IMG/VR virus record: IMGVR_UViG_2585427784_000007
Location: 1 to 6,377 of that record
DNA: 6,377 bases
Reading direction: 5' to 3' (one strand)
Source of the DNA: a virus
Lineage: Duplodnaviria > Heunggongvirae > Uroviricota > Caudoviricetes
Part shown: positions 6,165 through 6,377 of the stretch, piece by piece
How the letters are laid out: the number at the start of each line of letters is the position of its first letter
Position numbering within the stretch: the first letter of the stretch is position 1
Translations under genes and position numbers: made by a program
The notes under the pieces: generated by a model
Told to the model about the DNA's origin: nothing
Database searches by the model: none
Seen by the model: the letters and a program-made list of their open reading frames with translations, nothing else

Positions 6165-6377
6165 ATGCCAAGAAAAACGCTAGAAAATTTGGTAAATGTT
6201 GCACGTCAGACTCAGGAAATAGCGGATAAGAGAAGCCGTTTTTTCGGGTATCTTGAACAGCATGGCTTGAAGAGGAATGAGGATAGTGCTCACCTTTTTG
6301 CTATGCATTTACGGTTGCAACACAATGAAAGAGATAATCTTGTCCATGAACTGATGTCCGGATTACATCATAAATAG
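6165..6377 (+). CDS. Hypothetical small protein, 70 aa (copy 2 of 2, identical)
   Basis: ATG at 6165 preceded by AGGAGG (6152..6157) at 7-nt spacing; stop TAG at 6375..6377. Identical to the minus-strand ORF at 2782..2994. Confidence 0.72.
   Translation: MPRKTLENLVNVARQTQEIADKRSRFFGYLEQHGLKRNEDSAHLFAMHLRLQHNERDNLVHELMSGLHHK

Larger units (their letters stand above)
5332..6377. repeat. Right arm of the long perfect inverted repeat (at least 1046 bp); mirror of 2782..3827
   Basis: See left arm. The arm runs to the last base of the window, so the true outer boundary is unknown. Confidence 0.92.

Noticed and set aside
1-6377. CRISPR arrays, tRNA or rRNA genes, IS elements with terminal inverted repeats and a transposase
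   Set aside because: No short direct repeats with regular spacers, no cloverleaf-type sequences other than the tmRNA, and no transposase-like ORF. The only recombinase is the serine invertase.

Overview
The window opens with the conserved enterobacterial smpB-ssrA locus: smpB at 1..483 and a 363-nt tmRNA at 698..1060 carrying the ANDENYALAA tag frame. Downstream lies accessory DNA with no integrase in the window. First comes an AT-rich two-gene cassette of unknown function (343 aa with a central hydrophobic segment, then 114 aa), bracketed by hairpin terminators. Then comes a Mu G-segment / e14 P-segment-like invertible tail-fibre cassette (Sv-Tfa convergent with Tfa'-Sv') at 3828..5331. Unusually, this cassette sits between two identical, inverted copies of a Gin/Pin/Cin-family serine invertase gene plus a 70-aa small gene, forming a perfect inverted repeat of at least 1046 bp (2782..3827 vs 5332..6377). 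A 26-bp gix/hix-like crossover site sits at the inner tip of each arm. The tail-fibre cassettes have no constant N-terminal tail-fibre partner in either orientation. All identifications rest on reading the sequence and recalled family features; no database search was run. The two findings most worth follow-up are the twin-invertase orphan inverton and the unassigned two-gene cassette next to ssrA.
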